Source: Fibrobacterota bacterium
GTDB taxonomy: Bacteria; Fibrobacterota; Fibrobacteria; UBA11236
Direction of reading: 5' to 3'
Assembly (NCBI GenBank): GCA_043753995.1
Contig: JAYUVP010000327.1
Coordinates: 1-10,780, forward strand
Length of the DNA stretch: 10,780 nt
Position numbers and translations under genes: made by a program. The notes under the pieces were generated by a model. The model was not told where the DNA came from. It did no database searches and saw nothing but the letters and a program-made list of their open reading frames with translations. Within the stretch, counting starts at the first letter, position 1; each line of letters opens with the position of its first letter. This document shows, piece after piece, positions 8,389-10,780 of the stretch.

Positions 8389-8437
8389 GGCGTGAAAACA
8401 TGTTCACGCCCCGCTCCTTTAGGAGACATTCTCCTAA
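8389..8437. promoter_or_regulatory. Two 8-bp inverted repeats upstream of the xylanase (operator or leader-hairpin candidates)
   Basis: GGCGTGAA-N6-TTCACGCC (8389-8410) and TTAGGAGA-N3-TCTCCTAA (8419-8437). Both have perfect arms. Confidence 0.45.
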
Positions 8438-8491
8438 TCAGGGCAATCTTATGGCTGCGCGATTTTTCCCACGCAATAATCTTCAGACTTG

Positions 8492-8548
8492 GGCAGCAGC
8501 TTTACACCAACTTGTCCAAAGGGTACAAGGCCATGTCGAATCTTTACT
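8492..8548. promoter_or_regulatory. Degenerate direct repeats with 21-bp period; candidate AraC/XylS-family half-sites
   Basis: GGCAGCAGCTTTACA (8492), TGTCCAAAGGGTACA (8513) and TGTCGAATCTTTACT (8534). TAC recurs at 8503, 8524 and 8545; TGTC recurs at 8513 and 8534. Confidence 0.45.
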
Positions 8549-8607
8549 GGACTCTTTGAGTGTGATCGAGAAATTGAGGATAGATTTGAAAAGGGGAGAA
8601 TATTGGG

Positions 8608-9303
8608 ATGGGAGCTTATGGACTGCTTCGCTATTTAACCGATCTGGCTTATTTCTCAAAAGACCGACAAGGCCGTTTTTTGACCGTGAATTCTGCGTTT
8701 ATAGAAATCGCAGGCTTGCGTACCGAATGGGACATTATAGGAAAAACTGATTTTGATATTTGGCCTAGATTCTTGGCCGAACATTATGTGAAAGACGATG
8801 CCCGTGTCTTAGAATTGGGATTGCCAAGCGTGAATCGAGTGGAATTGGTATTGGGTCGTGATCGCGTCTCTGACTGGTTCACGACCACCAAGGTTCCGGT
8901 GATGAATGCTTCGGGCGAAGTGTCAGGCTTAGAAGGGGTTTGCCGCTATTTCAAAAAGGGTAATGCACCTCAAGAACCGTCCAAACTGATGACTTCGGTG
9001 ATCGAATTCATCATGCAGAATTACCCTCACAAAATCGACATTCCTGCTTTAGCAAATATGGTTTCCTTGTCGGTAAAGCAATTCGAAAGGAATTTCAAAC
9101 AAAAATACGGAGAAGTGCCGGTTCGATATATTCAGCGTATCAGACTCGATGCCTCTCGGCAATTACTAGTCATGACCCAATTACCGATAGCGCAAATAAG
9201 TCGCGAGACAGGTTTTTATGACAGCAGCCATTTCGCGCATCAATTTCTCAAATATACCGGGCTTACGCCGAAGGCTTATCGCGAAAAGCACAAGCAAGGT
9301 TAA
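8608..9303 (+). CDS. AraC-family transcriptional regulator with an N-terminal PAS domain
   Basis: PAS-like FSKDRQGRFLTVNSAF...IIGKTDFDIWP...TTKVPV...G.V.G.EG. AraC double HTH: LANMVSLSVKQFERNFKQ...YIQRIRL...IAQISRETGFYDSSHFAHQFLKYTGLTPKAYR. GGGGAG RBS; in-frame stop at 8587 fixes the start region. Confidence 0.93.
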   Translation: MGAYGLLRYLTDLAYFSKDRQGRFLTVNSAFIEIAGLRTEWDIIGKTDFDIWPRFLAEHYVKDDARVLELGLPSVNRVELVLGRDRVSDWFTTTKVPVMNASGEVSGLEGVCRYFKKGNAPQEPSKLMTSVIEFIMQNYPHKIDIPALANMVSLSVKQFERNFKQKYGEVPVRYIQRIRLDASRQLLVMTQLPIAQISRETGFYDSSHFAHQFLKYTGLTPKAYREKHKQG

Positions 9304-10115
9304 GTCGAAGCTAAAAAGGTCCGAATTTCCTCGGCAAAAGCCTCGGGGCATTCGAAAAAAGGCATGTGCCCACAATCAGGAAATTCCACATATCGGCTCG
9401 GAACTTTCAAGGCTGCAGCCATGCGCCTGGCTTCAGCGGGCGGCGCATAAGGATCTTCGCTGCCGGTCATAGTCAGAGTAGGAATAACGATTTGATCGAC
9501 GACCGGCCAAGCAGAAGCGGTTATCAAAGCTTCTAGGCATTGCAAATAAATATCGGCGGGCTGAGCATCGAGAAGCGCCGCAAACATTGCAACGGCTTCC
9601 GGCCTGGTCTTTTTTGACTGGGTCGCAAAAACTCCCGACGACGCGTCTTGGCCTATGCCCACCATTTTGCCTTGAGCCTTAATCTTATCCGCGCGACCTG
9701 CCAGTCGAAGGCGAATCGATTCCATGGGCTGGGGCAAACCGCCTGAGAATAAAGCCGAGTGTATGGCTTTGGGCGACTGGGCAATAGCCAGCAGAGCAAC
9801 CAGGGTCCCCATGGAATGCCCTAGCACCGAAACCTTTCCCGCAGGTTGAGCGGCAATGAGATCAAGCAAGGCCTCGACACAACCCTGAATGGTAAAAGGA
9901 GGCGAATTCGATTCACGGCTATGTCCGCTGCCAGGCATATCCAAGGCGAGGACGCGATATTGATCGCTCAATCTTTGTCCAAGGCCGCGGAAAAAATAGG
10001 CTCCACCTCCCAGACCATGCAGGCAAATCAGCAATGGGCCGTCGCCTTGCGATTCGACATAAAGACGCGCCGCGCGCGTTTGCACAAAATCACATCGCCA
10101 AGGGGAAGGTGCCAT
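9300..10115 (-). CDS. Alpha/beta-fold hydrolase (PcaD enol-lactonase-like); substrate unknown
   Basis: HGLGG oxyanion motif, DMPGSGHS, nucleophile elbow GHSMG, Asp in GSEDP and His in CGHMP. Its stop overlaps the AraC stop (TTAA 9300-9303). Confidence 0.92.
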   Translation of the reverse strand: MAPSPWRCDFVQTRAARLYVESQGDGPLLICLHGLGGGAYFFRGLGQRLSDQYRVLALDMPGSGHSRESNSPPFTIQGCVEALLDLIAAQPAGKVSVLGHSMGTLVALLAIAQSPKAIHSALFSGGLPQPMESIRLRLAGRADKIKAQGKMVGIGQDASSGVFATQSKKTRPEAVAMFAALLDAQPADIYLQCLEALITASAWPVVDQIVIPTLTMTGSEDPYAPPAEARRMAAALKVPSRYVEFPDCGHMPFFECPEAFAEEIRTFLAST

Positions 10116-10212
10116 GAAGTGCGCTCACTTAGGTTTGATTGGCTGTAAACTAATAGCATAGAACGATTAAGGATTTGTACGTAATCGGCATTCTAGGGCT
10201 TGGAAACCGTAT

Positions 10213-10241
10213 TTGCGGGTTCTGGGCGATATGCCTATCTT
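10213..10241 (+). promoter_or_regulatory. Putative sigma70 promoter for the DJ-1/PfpI gene
   Basis: TTGCGG (10213-10218), 17-nt spacer, TATCTT (10236-10241). Confidence 0.5.
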
Positions 10242-10260
10242 AACGCCGCCAAAAGGAATA

Positions 10261-10304
10261 GATTACTCCAGTCGTAATCAAGCGCTTAAGGATTAATTAA
10301 GCGC
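10261..10304. promoter_or_regulatory. Tandem inverted repeats in the predicted DJ-1/PfpI 5' leader
   Basis: GATTAC-N7-GTAATC (10261-10279) and GCGCTTAA-N7-TTAAGCGC (10282-10304). Confidence 0.45.
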
Positions 10305-10328
10305 CACCCAGGAAACGGAGAGCCCATT

Positions 10329-10780
10329 ATGCAGGACAAGATTCTCATCATCACCGGCGACGGCGGCGAGTGCTATGAAACCCTCTATGCCATTCATCGT
10401 CTGCAAGAAGCCTATTTGAAGCCGGTGATCGCGGCTCGAACCAAGAAGCGCATGCATCTGGTGATCCATGATTTCGAACCGGGCTGGGATACCTACAAGG
10501 AGAGGCCTGGATACGAGCTCGAATCCGACATCACCTTCGATCAGGTGAAAGTCGACGACTATCTCGCCGTCATCATCATCGGCGGTCGCGCTCCTGAATA
10601 TCTCCGTCACAACGAGCATCTTCTGAACGTCATCCGCTCCTTCGACACGCTGGGAAAATGGCTCTTCGCCATCTGCCACGGCATCCAGGTTTTCAATGCC
10701 GCCGGCATCGTCCGTGGACGCAACGTCACCTGTTACGATCACCTCCGCTCGGAAGTCGCCCAAGCCGGTGGCGAATGGCA
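10329..10780 (+). CDS. DJ-1/PfpI family protein (glyoxalase III / class I GATase-like); the 3' end runs off the window
   Basis: Translated by hand from ATG 10329 (GGAG RBS at 10317): MQDKILIITGDGGECYETLYAIHRLQEA...IHDFEPGWDTYKERPGY...IIGGRAPEYLR...FAICHGIQVF...RGRNVTCY. It has the conserved Glu near the N-terminus, GGRAPEYLR and the catalytic ICHG Cys-His. Confidence 0.93.
   Translation, partial: MQDKILIITGDGGECYETLYAIHRLQEAYLKPVIAARTKKRMHLVIHDFEPGWDTYKERPGYELESDITFDQVKVDDYLAVIIIGGRAPEYLRHNEHLLNVIRSFDTLGKWLFAICHGIQVFNAAGIVRGRNVTCYDHLRSEVAQAGGEW

Noticed and set aside
7957..8750. ORFs 7957..8559 and 8400..8750, and a possible frameshifted N-terminal extension of the AraC gene
   Set aside because: The first is antisense to the xylanase and the second has no recognisable domain. 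The PAS domain appears complete from ATG 8608, which has its own RBS.
10201..10216. Sigma54-like TGGAAAC...TTGC
   Set aside because: The GG-to-GC spacing is one base longer than the strict -24/-12 requirement.
10293..10763. 156-aa minus-strand ORF
   Set aside because: It is the antisense shadow of the DJ-1/PfpI gene on the + strand.

Overview
Chromosomal region of a diderm bacterium, probably from the FCB group and possibly Fibrobacterota (inferred from a T9SS-like xylanase tail, Bacteroidota-type glycosylation sequons and the envelope gene types). From left to right: (1) the 5' part of a plant-type threonine synthase on the minus strand, missed by the ORF track because it runs off the window; (2) a co-oriented four-gene cluster of a 622-aa lipoprotein, a FadL/PorV-like outer-membrane beta-barrel, a DUF4912 protein with a histone-H1-like N-terminus and a GH57 branching enzyme; (3) a 311-bp intergenic region that is almost entirely hairpins, including a 120-190 nt rod; (4) a secreted GH10 xylanase divergent from a lower-GC PAS-AraC regulator; (5) an alpha/beta hydrolase; (6) the 5' part of a DJ-1/PfpI gene, also missed by the track. 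The best lead is the translationally coupled lipoprotein + barrel pair, which resembles the BamH (DUF4270) and BamG accessory subunits of the Bacteroidota BAM complex. The lipoprotein carries 15 D-[ST]-[ALVIMT] O-glycosylation sequons. Other leads are a possible PhaF/PhaM-like glycogen-nucleoid tether (DUF4912) and the structured intergenic element. All family calls come from motif recognition by eye; no searches were run.
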